From NCBI GenBank assembly GCA_016929555.1, contig JAFGIO010000211.1, positions 1 to 48,785 of the forward strand: 48,785 nt of DNA, in the 5' to 3' direction. This document shows positions 38,088-47,064 of the stretch, piece by piece. The first letter of the stretch is position 1. Each line of letters opens with the position of its first letter. Both the position numbers and the translations under genes were made by a program. This DNA comes from Deltaproteobacteria bacterium. GTDB lineage: Bacteria; Desulfobacterota; Syntrophia; Syntrophales; JAFGIO01. Under the pieces are notes generated by a model. The model saw only the letters and a program-made list of their open reading frames with translations. It was not told the DNA's origin and ran no database searches.

Positions 38088-39077
38088 TTGACGAGGAAAC
38101 GCATCGTTAGCGGCATGAGGCCCACGGGGAAGCTGCATCTTGGAAACCTTCACGGAGCCCTGGCCAACTGGGTCGATCTCCAGAACAGCGGGGAATACGA
38201 TTGTTTCTATTTCGTGGCGGACTGGCACGCCCTGACCAGCGATTACGGCAATACGGAACAGATCCGGGAGTACGCTCTGGGCATGGCCATGGACTGGCTC
38301 AGTGTCGGTCTCGATCCAGGCAAAAGCACCCTTTTTATTCAGTCCCGCATCCAGGAGCACGCCGAGCTTTTTCTTCTCCTTTCCATGATTACACCCCTGC
38401 CATGGCTGGAGAGGAATCCCACCTATAAGGAGATGAAATCGGAGCTTGCCGACAGGGACCTATCGACCTTTGGTTTTCTTGGTTATCCGGTTCTGCAGGC
38501 TGCGGATATCATCATATATAAAGCCTACGGTGTCCCGGTAGGGGTCGATCAACTCCCCCACATAGAGCTGACCCGGGAGATCGCCCGACGGTTCAATTTC
38601 TTTTACCGGGAGATCTTCCCTATTCCGGAACCGCTGCTGACGAATGTACCGAAACTCCTCGGCACGGACGGACGAAAAATGAGCAAATCCTACGAGAATT
38701 CCATTTACATCAGCGATCGGGCCGATGTTCTCAAGGGCAAGGTAGAATCCATGTTCACGGATCCGCAGAGGATGCGGCGCAGGGACCCCGGGAGGCCGGA
38801 ACTTTGTAATGTCTTTTCTTTTCATGGAATCTACTCAAGCGAGGCCGATGTCCAGGAAATTTCAAGGGAGTGCAGACAGGCAGGCATAGGCTGTACGGAC
38901 TGCAAACGTCGTCTCGCCGCAAGGATCGGGGAGGCCATGATGCCCGTTCACGACCGCCTGGCCTATTATCAAAACCATGTCAATGAAGTCGAGGAAATCA
39001 TGACTGAGGGCACGCTCAGGGCAACAGGGGAGGCACGGGCTACCATGCAAGAGGTCCGGGAAGCCCTGAAGATCTAA
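38088..39077 (+). CDS. trpS: tryptophan--tRNA ligase
   Basis: SGMRPTGKLHLGN, YPVLQAADI, VPVGVDQ, KMSKS; TTG start with GGAGG. Confidence 0.97.
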   Translation: MTRKRIVSGMRPTGKLHLGNLHGALANWVDLQNSGEYDCFYFVADWHALTSDYGNTEQIREYALGMAMDWLSVGLDPGKSTLFIQSRIQEHAELFLLLSMITPLPWLERNPTYKEMKSELADRDLSTFGFLGYPVLQAADIIIYKAYGVPVGVDQLPHIELTREIARRFNFFYREIFPIPEPLLTNVPKLLGTDGRKMSKSYENSIYISDRADVLKGKVESMFTDPQRMRRRDPGRPELCNVFSFHGIYSSEADVQEISRECRQAGIGCTDCKRRLAARIGEAMMPVHDRLAYYQNHVNEVEEIMTEGTLRATGEARATMQEVREALKI

Positions 39078-39079
39078 TC

Positions 39080-39799
39080 ATGGGTTACGAGGTCAAACTC
39101 GATATTTTTGAAGGGCCCCTCGATCTTCTCCTCTATCTTATCAGGAAAAACAAAATCGATATTTATGACATACCGATTTCCCTCATTACCGAGCAGTATC
39201 TACAATACCTGCGGGTCATGAAATCGCTGAGTCTCGATCTGGCCGGCGAATACCTGGTGCTGGCTTCGACCCTCGTTCATATCAAATCCCAGATGCTGCT
39301 TCCCTCGCCGGTCCTGGAAGGAGAGGACGAGGTCGATCCCCGGGCGGAACTTGTCCGCCAGCTCATCGACTACCAGGCATTCAAGGAAGCTGCAGCGGCC
39401 CTGGAAGGCCGGCCTATGCTGGAACGCGATCTCTTCACGCGCGGCGATCATACCGAGGAAATGCCGGGCAGCGAAGACGATCAAGAAAGATTCGAGGAAA
39501 TGAGCGTCTTTGCGCTCATCGAGGCCTTCGGAAGGATGGTGGCCAGGATGGATGCGTCGGAGAAGCTGCAGATCGATATGGAAAAAATTTCCCTGGCAGA
39601 CAGGATCGACGAGATCATGGAGCGGCTTGCACGGGAGGGCTCTCTGTCCTTCGATGCCCTGATGGAGCGGCAATGTGATCGTCGGCGGCTGATTTATACC
39701 TTTCTTGCAATTCTTGAAATGGTGAGGCTGCGGATGATCAGGATATATCAGAGAAAGCCTTTCGGAGCCATCCGGATCGTTCTTGCCGTGGAGGGCTGA
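39080..39799 (+). CDS. scpA: segregation and condensation protein A
   Basis: FEGPLDLLLYLI, IKSQMLLP, TFLAILEM. Confidence 0.95.
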   Translation: MGYEVKLDIFEGPLDLLLYLIRKNKIDIYDIPISLITEQYLQYLRVMKSLSLDLAGEYLVLASTLVHIKSQMLLPSPVLEGEDEVDPRAELVRQLIDYQAFKEAAAALEGRPMLERDLFTRGDHTEEMPGSEDDQERFEEMSVFALIEAFGRMVARMDASEKLQIDMEKISLADRIDEIMERLAREGSLSFDALMERQCDRRRLIYTFLAILEMVRLRMIRIYQRKPFGAIRIVLAVEG

Positions 39800-40321
39800 A
39801 TGGAACATATCAAGGCAATCATCGAAGCCCTCGTTTTTGCTTCCGAATCTCCATTGTCTATCGATAGGATCGCTGAAACCCTGGAAGGCATCGATCGAAA
39901 GGAAATCGTTGCGGTGCTCTCCACCCTCGCGGAAGAACATGAGGCTCGCGGCGGCGGTTTTTTGCTCAAGGAGGTTGCCCAGGGATTTCAATTCAGGACG
40001 AGGCCTTCCCTTGGCTCCTGGATAAGGCGCCTCAAGCGTTCCAAACCCTTGACCCTGACCCCGGCAGCCTTGGAGACCCTCGCCATTGTCGCCTATCGCC
40101 AGCCCGTCGTCAAGGCGGAGATCGACCGAATCCGGGGCGTCGATGCGGGAGGACCTCTCAAGGGACTGTTGGAAAAGAAACTGGTTCGCATCCAGGGCCG
40201 CAAAGATGTACCTGGGCGTCCGATCATTTATGGAACGACGAAGAAGTTTTTGGAGGTCTTCACGCTTAAGGACCTTTCGGAATTGCCTACTTTGAAGGAA
40301 TTCAAGGATCTGCAGGGATGA
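39800..40321 (+). CDS. scpB: segregation and condensation protein B
   Basis: EALVFAS, ALETLAIVAYRQP, IRGV, PGRPIIYGTT..FL. Confidence 0.95.
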   Translation: MEHIKAIIEALVFASESPLSIDRIAETLEGIDRKEIVAVLSTLAEEHEARGGGFLLKEVAQGFQFRTRPSLGSWIRRLKRSKPLTLTPAALETLAIVAYRQPVVKAEIDRIRGVDAGGPLKGLLEKKLVRIQGRKDVPGRPIIYGTTKKFLEVFTLKDLSELPTLKEFKDLQG

Positions 40322-40328
40322 AACGGCC

Positions 40329-41078
40329 ATGGAAGAGCGTCTCCAGAAGATCATAGCCCGTTGCGGCGTGGCGTCGCGACGGGCCGCCGAGACCCTGATC
40401 AGCCAGGGAAGGGTCAGCATAAACGGGGTCACCGTAAAAACTCTTGGCGTGAAGGCCGATTCCGACAAGGATGAAATTCGTGTCGACGGGAAGCTCATCG
40501 CCCTGGAGGAGACAAAGGTTTACCTCATGCTGAACAAGCCAAGGGGCTATGTCACCTCTCTCAGGGATCCTCAAAACCGCCCCATCGTCAGCGATCTTCT
40601 GGATGGCGTTACGGAGAGGGTGTTTCCGATAGGACGGCTGGATTACGACTCCGAAGGAATGCTGTTGCTGACGAACGATGGTCAGTTGGCACAGAGGCTT
40701 TCCCATCCGCGTTACAGGATTCCCAAAACCTACCGGGTGAAGATCGATGGGAAACTGACAAGGGGGGATGTCCGATCCATTGCGCTGGGAATCGACCTCG
40801 ACGACGGCCTTTTCAAACCGGAAAGCCTCAACATGGAAAAGTTCAACAGGAAGAGCTCCTGGCTGGTGCTTACCGTGAGTGAAGGACGGAACCGACTGAT
40901 CAGAAGGGGATTCCAGGCTTTGGGATACAACGTATCGAGACTGGTTCGCATCGCCATCGCCGATCTTCGTTTGGATGCCCTTGGGGAAGGGAAGTACAGG
41001 CATCTTACCCCCGGCGAAGTGAAGAGACTTGCAGCCCTGTTGGCAAGCAGTGGCGGTAAAGATACGACCCGCCGGTGA
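40329..41078 (+). CDS. rluB: rRNA pseudouridine synthase, RsuA/RluB family
   Basis: S4 domain ERLQKIIA..G.ASRR, LNKPRG, GRLDYDSEG, EGRNR. Confidence 0.85.
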   Translation: MEERLQKIIARCGVASRRAAETLISQGRVSINGVTVKTLGVKADSDKDEIRVDGKLIALEETKVYLMLNKPRGYVTSLRDPQNRPIVSDLLDGVTERVFPIGRLDYDSEGMLLLTNDGQLAQRLSHPRYRIPKTYRVKIDGKLTRGDVRSIALGIDLDDGLFKPESLNMEKFNRKSSWLVLTVSEGRNRLIRRGFQALGYNVSRLVRIAIADLRLDALGEGKYRHLTPGEVKRLAALLASSGGKDTTRR

Positions 41079-41111
41079 GAAGACCCGTGCCGTTGTGCAG
41101 CAGGCGGATCC

Positions 41112-42569
41112 CTATCGAGGTCCGGAATCCCTATCCCGAATCCTGACAACGACTTTTACTGTCGGGAGCTTTCCGTTCTTGAACTGTATGTTTGGAGGAA
41201 CGATCAACCGGGGCGTCAAGACAGAAGTCGATTTCAGAGTGCTGAGATCGATCGGTTCCGTACGGATACGGATCCGTTCATGCTGAAGCCTGCCGGGAGC
41301 GAGGACCGTGATGGAAGGCGGAACGGCTGTGATCCGGGTCAGGATTCGCCCGCCCGCTGGTTCCTTTTCCGTGACGACATCTATCGGAACAAGGACGGAC
41401 ACATAACGAGAGGCCACGATAGTAATATGGCCGGGCTGTATGCTCGCGACATAGAGGTTGGAAGGCTTGTTAACCATGTCCCTTGCAAGAACGATGTCCT
41501 GTTTGCCTTTTTGAATCTGCGAGAGGTCCAGCGATAGCTTTAGTACCGACGGATCGAGGAGCTGGAAGGCCTGCGAAGTGCCCGTCAACAGCAGCTTCAC
41601 CTCGGCGATCTTGGGTTCTTCAATGACCCATTCCGGTGAAAGATTCCTGTATTCGATGGGCACCGTGAAATCCCTGCGCACGGAATCCTTCTGGTATCCA
41701 AAGAAAAGCCACAACAGGCAGGCCAGCAGCAGGGCGATCCCTTTCTCTCGCGTGTTTTCCTTCCACCATCGTGGGAACGGACGTCCGCCCTTTTCGGGAT
41801 TCTGTTTTGAGATGAAGGATTCCAATACATTCCGGAGGGCTGAGGCACCGGTTATTTCGTTGAACCGTTCTCCCTGGGCAATAGAGATGGTGCCCCGCTC
41901 TTCGGAGACAACGATGCAAAGGGCGTCTGATCTTTCGGCGAGGCCGATGGCTGCCGTGTGGCGAAGACCGAGGTTGCCGAAGCGTTCGGCGTCCTGTGAC
42001 AACGGGAGATGACAGCCGAATCGGGTGATTCTGCCGTTCTCGATGATGGCCGCTCCGTCATGGCCAGCAGAATGGGGATCGAAAATACTCTCCAACAGCG
42101 GCTGGCTCAAAAGACCGTCCAGGCGGGTGCCGCCGGAAAGATGCCGCTCCAAGGGGACCTCGCCGTGGATTACGATCAGGGCACCGATCTTGTTGCGGGC
42201 GAGATTGGTCGTTGCCTCGGCGATCGTGTCCACACTTGGAACCGTGGGAGTCCTGGCCCTCAGCGGCAGCCTGAATCTGCCCCACATGGCCAGGCTCTCG
42301 AAAAAACGGCGCAGATCTTCCTGAAAGATGACAACTAGGACAAAGAGTAGGATGGCGAAAAAGCCTTGAAGGACAATTGTCGTAAGATAGAGCTGAAGGA
42401 ATCTCGCCAGCAGATAAACAGCCCCGAGAAGGCTGATTCCAATGAAAACAAATCGCGAGGCCCTGTCCTTGAACCAGATCAGCAATGCCGATATCATGAC
42501 GGCGATGATGATGATATCGAGGATGTCCTGAATTCTTAGGCTGTAGAGGACGGTCAGCACATTATCCAT
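41112..42569 (-). CDS. diadenylate cyclase (CdaA-type) fused to YbbR/CdaR-like domains
   Basis: Three TM segments, IFQEDLRR, GALIVI, HDGA, GLRHTAA, VVSEERG, a further TM, then a YbbR-like beta-rich region. Confidence 0.85.
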   Translation of the reverse strand: MDNVLTVLYSLRIQDILDIIIIAVMISALLIWFKDRASRFVFIGISLLGAVYLLARFLQLYLTTIVLQGFFAILLFVLVVIFQEDLRRFFESLAMWGRFRLPLRARTPTVPSVDTIAEATTNLARNKIGALIVIHGEVPLERHLSGGTRLDGLLSQPLLESIFDPHSAGHDGAAIIENGRITRFGCHLPLSQDAERFGNLGLRHTAAIGLAERSDALCIVVSEERGTISIAQGERFNEITGASALRNVLESFISKQNPEKGGRPFPRWWKENTREKGIALLLACLLWLFFGYQKDSVRRDFTVPIEYRNLSPEWVIEEPKIAEVKLLLTGTSQAFQLLDPSVLKLSLDLSQIQKGKQDIVLARDMVNKPSNLYVASIQPGHITIVASRYVSVLVPIDVVTEKEPAGGRILTRITAVPPSITVLAPGRLQHERIRIRTEPIDLSTLKSTSVLTPRLIVPPNIQFKNGKLPTVKVVVRIRDRDSGPR

Positions 42570-42852
42570 GATGGGCCTCAATCTCTTTCTTGTGCCGTTT
42601 TATCAAAGCAGTTCGAAAGCGCAATCGGGGTAGATTTACTCGTTTATATAGAATATGGTAAGTCAAAGTCAAGCCAGCAGGGGGGCACGGGACTGGTGAT
42701 TGTGAAATTGTGTACACCGATCGAGGGAATGAAGGCGTAGAAGGCCGGGGACCCTTTCATACGCCGGCAAGGCGCGTCATTGGAATGTTTGGACGAAGGG
42801 GATGCCATTTTCATCGGGCCGGCATGGGCCTGAATGAAGAGAGGAGGATGCC

Positions 42853-43134
42853 ATGGAAGCCAAGGCACAGATCGGATACCGCGTCGTAGGGACTATCACG
42901 GGGGTCAAGGGGCACTGCAACGCCGGCCACAAGACAGGAGACCAATTGGAGCTAAGCGGGCACAACACGGCGGGGCTCTGCGGTTTTTTCTATCACGATA
43001 TTTTTCCATACATCATCATGCTGCAGTTCGGCGGGGGGTTCCCGGCGGAATGGGGCGATCCGGACGTCGTCAACCTTGAATGCATGGACAAAATGAATGC
43101 CGTCACGATCGAACTGAAACGCATCCGGGAATGA
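42853..43134 (+). CDS. TIGR04076 family protein
   Basis: KGHCNAGHKTGD, LC...HDIFPY, CMD; GAGGAGG RBS. Confidence 0.8.
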   Translation: MEAKAQIGYRVVGTITGVKGHCNAGHKTGDQLELSGHNTAGLCGFFYHDIFPYIIMLQFGGGFPAEWGDPDVVNLECMDKMNAVTIELKRIRE

Positions 43135-43316
43135 GACGGAACTTCTGTTGCCTTCAAACGGAGCCGGGAGGCATTCGCAATATTTGGGCTCTCCGCTTGT
43201 GATGTCCCGCCCCTGTGAGAGTCAGTGACGTTTCCCTCTCAGCCGATGCCGTCATCATCGGATGCCGGGTCGCGGCGAAATCTGTCGAGAGCTTCTTTCT
43301 TTCGCTCAACCTGCTC

Positions 43317-43372
43317 AAAAAAAAGCGATACATCTCCGCACTCAGATGTTCTGAAAGCGGGGGTGTATCGCT
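43317..43372 (-). terminator. intrinsic terminator of the 43405-43719 gene
   Basis: AGCGATACA...TGTATCGCT long stem followed by T8 on the minus strand. Confidence 0.75.
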
Positions 43373-43404
43373 CATCGGAAGGGTGCGCCGGATTTCGGCA
43401 CCCC

Positions 43405-43719
43405 TCAAACCTTTTTGGTCCTTTTCTGCGTCTTCTTCACGGCCTTTTTCACCTTGGGAACCGGAGCTGTCTTTGTCTTTGCCTTAGGCTTTGCCTTAGG
43501 CTTGGCGGTTGCCTTGGTTGCTTTTTTCGTCACCGTCTTTTTGGGTACCGCCAGGGCTGGAGCCATTTTCCGCGCCTTGTTGGCGGCAAGCTTTCCTTTG
43601 GCCATCGGCTGTTTACAGCAAATGATCTCGGTGGCTTCACACTGACTGCCTTGATCGACGACGATGATGAGACCGCATTCCATGCAGCTGTATAAATCCC
43701 CCTGTTTCGCCTTTGCCAT
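43405..43719 (-). CDS. desulforedoxin-like Cys domain with a Lys/Ala/Pro-rich histone H1-like tail
   Basis: YSCMECG...IICCKQPM, then KATKATAKPKAKPKAK; GGAGGAG RBS; own promoter and terminator. Confidence 0.75.
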   Translation of the reverse strand: MAKAKQGDLYSCMECGLIIVVDQGSQCEATEIICCKQPMAKGKLAANKARKMAPALAVPKKTVTKKATKATAKPKAKPKAKTKTAPVPKVKKAVKKTQKRTKKV

Positions 43720-43788
43720 GTCTGACTCCTCCTTGAAGTTATTTTATCTCTGGCCCCCAGAGGCCGGCCCAGCATTTCATCGATGGGA

Positions 43789-43817
43789 ATATTACACGGA
43801 TTGTTGCCTTTATTCAA
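43789..43817 (-). promoter_or_regulatory. putative sigma70 promoter
   Basis: TTGAAT-17 bp-TAATAT on the minus strand. Confidence 0.45.
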
Positions 43818-43918
43818 GAAATTATCCGTCACGAATGTGAGGGGATGCGAAAGATTGCGGCCTATTCTCCCGGGGCAGAGGGCGATGCTCCTTCCTGTTC
43901 TCTAGTGTTACCGGGCAT

Positions 43919-44593
43919 TCAAACCAGCAGGGCGCCGGCAATGGCAAAGAGAAGGGCCGGCACCAGGTTTCCGACGGCGATCTTTTTTAAATCCAGCAGG
44001 TTGATGCCGATGCCCAATATCATGAGCCCGCCCGTCGCCGTCACGGCATTGAGGACCCGGGGGTCCTGCAGGAAGAGGAGCTTCGAGGCCAGCAGGGTGA
44101 TGGCTCCCTGGACGGCCAGTACCGTCAGGCTCGAAAAGGCGACGCCAATTCCCAAGGAAGAAGCCAGGGCGATGGAGGCTACCCCGTCCAACAGGGATTT
44201 CAAGTAAAGCGTCGTCGGGTCTCCGATGGTTCCGTCCTGGATTGCTCCCACGATAACCATAGCCCCGGTACAATAGAGGACCGAAGCCGTCACGAAGCCC
44301 TCGACAAAGGTGGAAGAATCGGACCGGGCGCGTGACTTGAGCCACGCCCCTACTTTTTCAATCTGTCCTTCGATATCGAGCCACTCGCCCGCGATGGCGC
44401 CGAGCAGGAGACATCCTATGGTAAGGAGGATGCGTTTCCCTTCAAGGGCCATCTGGAGACCGATGAGAATGACGGCAAGGCCGAGGGCCTGCATCAGGAT
44501 TGTCTTCAGACGTTGAGGCAGATAGCGGCCGACGATCATTCCGGCTGCGCTTCCGGCGATGATGGCGCCGGTGTTGACGATGGTTCCGGTCAA
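43919..44593 (-). CDS. DUF554 (YdfK-like) membrane protein
   Basis: GTIVN, EGFVTASVLYCTGAM, KSLLDG, GGLMILGIG. Confidence 0.9.
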   Translation of the reverse strand: MTGTIVNTGAIIAGSAAGMIVGRYLPQRLKTILMQALGLAVILIGLQMALEGKRILLTIGCLLLGAIAGEWLDIEGQIEKVGAWLKSRARSDSSTFVEGFVTASVLYCTGAMVIVGAIQDGTIGDPTTLYLKSLLDGVASIALASSLGIGVAFSSLTVLAVQGAITLLASKLLFLQDPRVLNAVTATGGLMILGIGINLLDLKKIAVGNLVPALLFAIAGALLV

Positions 44594-44602
44594 ATCGCTT
44601 CC

Positions 44603-44923
44603 CTAATCCTGCAGATCGTGCTTCATTTGCTCGAATTCTTCCTTTTTGATCTCGCCCCTGGCGTAGCGCTTCTTCAGGATGTCCAGGGCGGTATCTTCCG
44701 GGGGGATTCCCAGGGGGGTTATCCTCTTTCCCCGCACCAGTGCGTAAACGACCATGCCTACGATCAGGATGAAGAGGATCCACATAAGTATCATGATCAT
44801 ACCTCCAAATCCGTAACCTGTCATGGAACTCCCACTGTCCCGATACCAGCAATCACCGATCCTTGCCTGAGATATAGCCGGAATCATCGCTATGATGGCG
44901 GTCAACAAACCGATCTTTTTCAT
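44603..44923 (-). CDS. SHOCT domain-containing membrane protein
   Basis: Signal-like N-terminus, MTGYGFGGM plus TM, ALDILKKRYARGEIKKEEF. Confidence 0.85.
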   Translation of the reverse strand: MKKIGLLTAIIAMIPAISQARIGDCWYRDSGSSMTGYGFGGMIMILMWILFILIVGMVVYALVRGKRITPLGIPPEDTALDILKKRYARGEIKKEEFEQMKHDLQD

Positions 44924-44964
44924 AACATTTTCTTTCTCGAAGCGTCCTTGAAAAAATGCCTTCC

Positions 44965-45372
44965 TCAAACGATACCTGCGAGACGCAGGCCCGAGAGCGC
45001 GGACACTGCCAGGAGGGCAAGCGTTACCCGGCCGGACCATCGGTGCAATTCCCTGAAGGCCGGTCTTGCCGTCTTTTTTATCCTTCTGCTCAACTGCAGG
45101 AAACCCAGACAAATTGTGGCAATGGCCATCAGAGCCGTCGTGAGCCCGAACCGTGCGTGTAGGGTGGCGAAATGCTCTTCCCCCGAGAGGACAATCATGC
45201 CGATTGCCGCAGCGAATCCCCCGACGATCATCAGGACCGCCCCTATCTCGAGAAGCCGATGATACAGGAGCCACCAACGGCGGCGCCTGAAAATTATGGC
45301 GATTGAAGCGCCCGTCAGGGCCGATAAAAGAGCGGTTATCATGAGGCCGGCATGAAGATAAAGCGTCGGCAT
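44965..45372 (-). CDS. four-helix cytochrome b561-like membrane protein
   Basis: One His per TM: LHAGLM, WLLYH, HFATLHARFG, LHRWSGR. Confidence 0.65.
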   Translation of the reverse strand: MPTLYLHAGLMITALLSALTGASIAIIFRRRRWWLLYHRLLEIGAVLMIVGGFAAAIGMIVLSGEEHFATLHARFGLTTALMAIATICLGFLQLSRRIKKTARPAFRELHRWSGRVTLALLAVSALSGLRLAGIV

Positions 45373-45422
45373 GGTTTCCTCCGTAACAGGCCGCCATCCG
45401 AGTTCCGGAAAGAGCGGTGGAA

Positions 45423-45824
45423 TCATTTGGGGATGGTCAATCGGCCCGTCTTCGATCCGTAGATGTTGCAGATGACCTTTGCCTCCAGCGTGTCTCCCGC
45501 TGCGGCCTTTATCCTGTAAGTATAGGCGAAGGACGGTTTGTCGGGCTGGTTCTGATAGTCGAGAACGTTTTGCACCTTGCCGTTGACGCGGATTTCCACG
45601 CGCTCGATGTAATGGTTGTTCGGGAACGGGGAGCTGTGGACGATCTTCACCTGCAGGTTCCCGGAGGGCGGATCATAGCTCAGCGCCACCTCCTTGGGCG
45701 GATGGGCCGCAGCGACACCCGGCAGGGCGATGATGCAAAAGAGGGCGCCAATGCAGACAGCCGCCACTGCGAGGGATTGAAACCGATTTTTTCTGAGACT
45801 TTTGTTGCTCGTTCTGTGCTCCAT
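45423..45824 (-). CDS. exported small beta-sandwich protein resembling the superoxide reductase/desulfoferrodoxin Fe domain
   Basis: Signal peptide ending VAAA|HPP; VH...NHYIERVEI; ICNIYG; AAGGAG RBS. Confidence 0.65.
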   Translation of the reverse strand: MEHRTSNKSLRKNRFQSLAVAAVCIGALFCIIALPGVAAAHPPKEVALSYDPPSGNLQVKIVHSSPFPNNHYIERVEIRVNGKVQNVLDYQNQPDKPSFAYTYRIKAAAGDTLEAKVICNIYGSKTGRLTIPK

Positions 45825-45840
45825 GATCGCAGCTCCTTGG

Positions 45841-46680
45841 TCAAAGTTCAATCTCCTGATCCTGGTCGAGGGCGAAGCACTCGAGGGCGCTTCCCTGGTC
45901 TTTGATGATCTTCCGGCAGTCGTCGACGATGGCATCGACAGCATCGTCAGAGCGTTCCTGGTTGTGATGGAACAAGCCCAGTCTCTTCACGCGGGCCTCC
46001 AGGGCCAATCGCAGGGCATCCTTGTAAACAGAGTGTCCCCAGGTACGGGTCTTCCTGTAGTCTTTCTCGTCGTACTCCGCATCGTGAATGAGCAGATCGG
46101 CATCTTGGGAGAATTTGAGATAATCCTCGTAAAGAAGGCCTCCGGGGTGTTGGTATGATAATTCGTTGTCCGTTAGGAAAACGAAGCTCTTTCCGTCTTC
46201 GACGAAGCGGTATCCCATGCCCTGGTTGGGGTGGCTGAGAGCAATCGGGGTGACGGCCAGCGTTTTGATGGTAAAGGTTTCCGCGCAGGTTTCCTCATAG
46301 GAGATTTCGGCGCGGATGTCTTCAAAATTGACGGGAAAATTCGGGGGAGCCATCACGCGGGCGATGATGTCCTTGATGGACGCCTGGGCAAAGGGGCAGC
46401 CGTGGACGAAGATCTTCGTCTTTTTGAAATAGATCGGTTTGAAAAAGGGGAAACCCATCAGATGATCCCAGTGGGCATGGGTGAAGATCATGATGTATTC
46501 ATAACGACCTTCGCTGAGGAGGTAGTTCCCAAGCCTCCGGATGCCGGAGCCGGCATCGACGATGACAATGTCGTCGTCCTTGGTCCGTATCTCTATGCAG
46601 GTCGTATCTCCACCGTACTTCAGGTATTCGCCTCCGGAAACGGGTATGGAACCCCTCGCGCCCCAGCAACGGACAATCAT
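45841..46680 (-). CDS. MBL-fold metallo-hydrolase
   Basis: WGARGS, GGDTTC, DAGSG, THAHWDH..G, HP, TDNE, WGHS, FHH. Confidence 0.9.
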   Translation of the reverse strand: MIVRCWGARGSIPVSGGEYLKYGGDTTCIEIRTKDDDIVIVDAGSGIRRLGNYLLSEGRYEYIMIFTHAHWDHLMGFPFFKPIYFKKTKIFVHGCPFAQASIKDIIARVMAPPNFPVNFEDIRAEISYEETCAETFTIKTLAVTPIALSHPNQGMGYRFVEDGKSFVFLTDNELSYQHPGGLLYEDYLKFSQDADLLIHDAEYDEKDYRKTRTWGHSVYKDALRLALEARVKRLGLFHHNQERSDDAVDAIVDDCRKIIKDQGSALECFALDQDQEIEL

Positions 46681-46863
46681 CGAAGCCTCCCGAAAATGAA
46701 TGGATTCTAGCGTATTGAAGGTATATGTGGCATATAATAAACTTCACGGGTAAATTCAAGGGATTATTCGTCACCAAATTATTTTTCTTTCAGGGTTGAG
46801 GTTACATTTGTGTTCGCGATGATTACCTTATCGAAAAGAAAATTCAAGGGGGGGGAACATTGC

Positions 46864-47064
46864 ATGAAAACGATCAGAGTCAAAGGGATGTCGTGCGACC
46901 ACTGTGTCATGGCGGTAACAAAGGCCCTTGGGAGCGTCGAGGGCGTCAGCAATGTCCGGGTCGATTTGGCAAGCGGTGAGGCCAGCTTCGATGAGACAAA
47001 ACCAGTCGATATAAACCTTGTTGCCGAGCGCATCAGGAAGGCCGGGTATGAGATCGAAGGCTGA
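46864..47064 (+). CDS. copZ: copper chaperone (HMA domain)
   Basis: GMSCDHC...AGY. Confidence 0.88.
   Translation: MKTIRVKGMSCDHCVMAVTKALGSVEGVSNVRVDLASGEASFDETKPVDINLVAERIRKAGYEIEG

Noticed and set aside
44603-45397. 264-aa ORF as called in the track
   Set aside because: The N-terminal part overlaps the b561-like gene in another frame; the real SHOCT gene most likely starts at 44923
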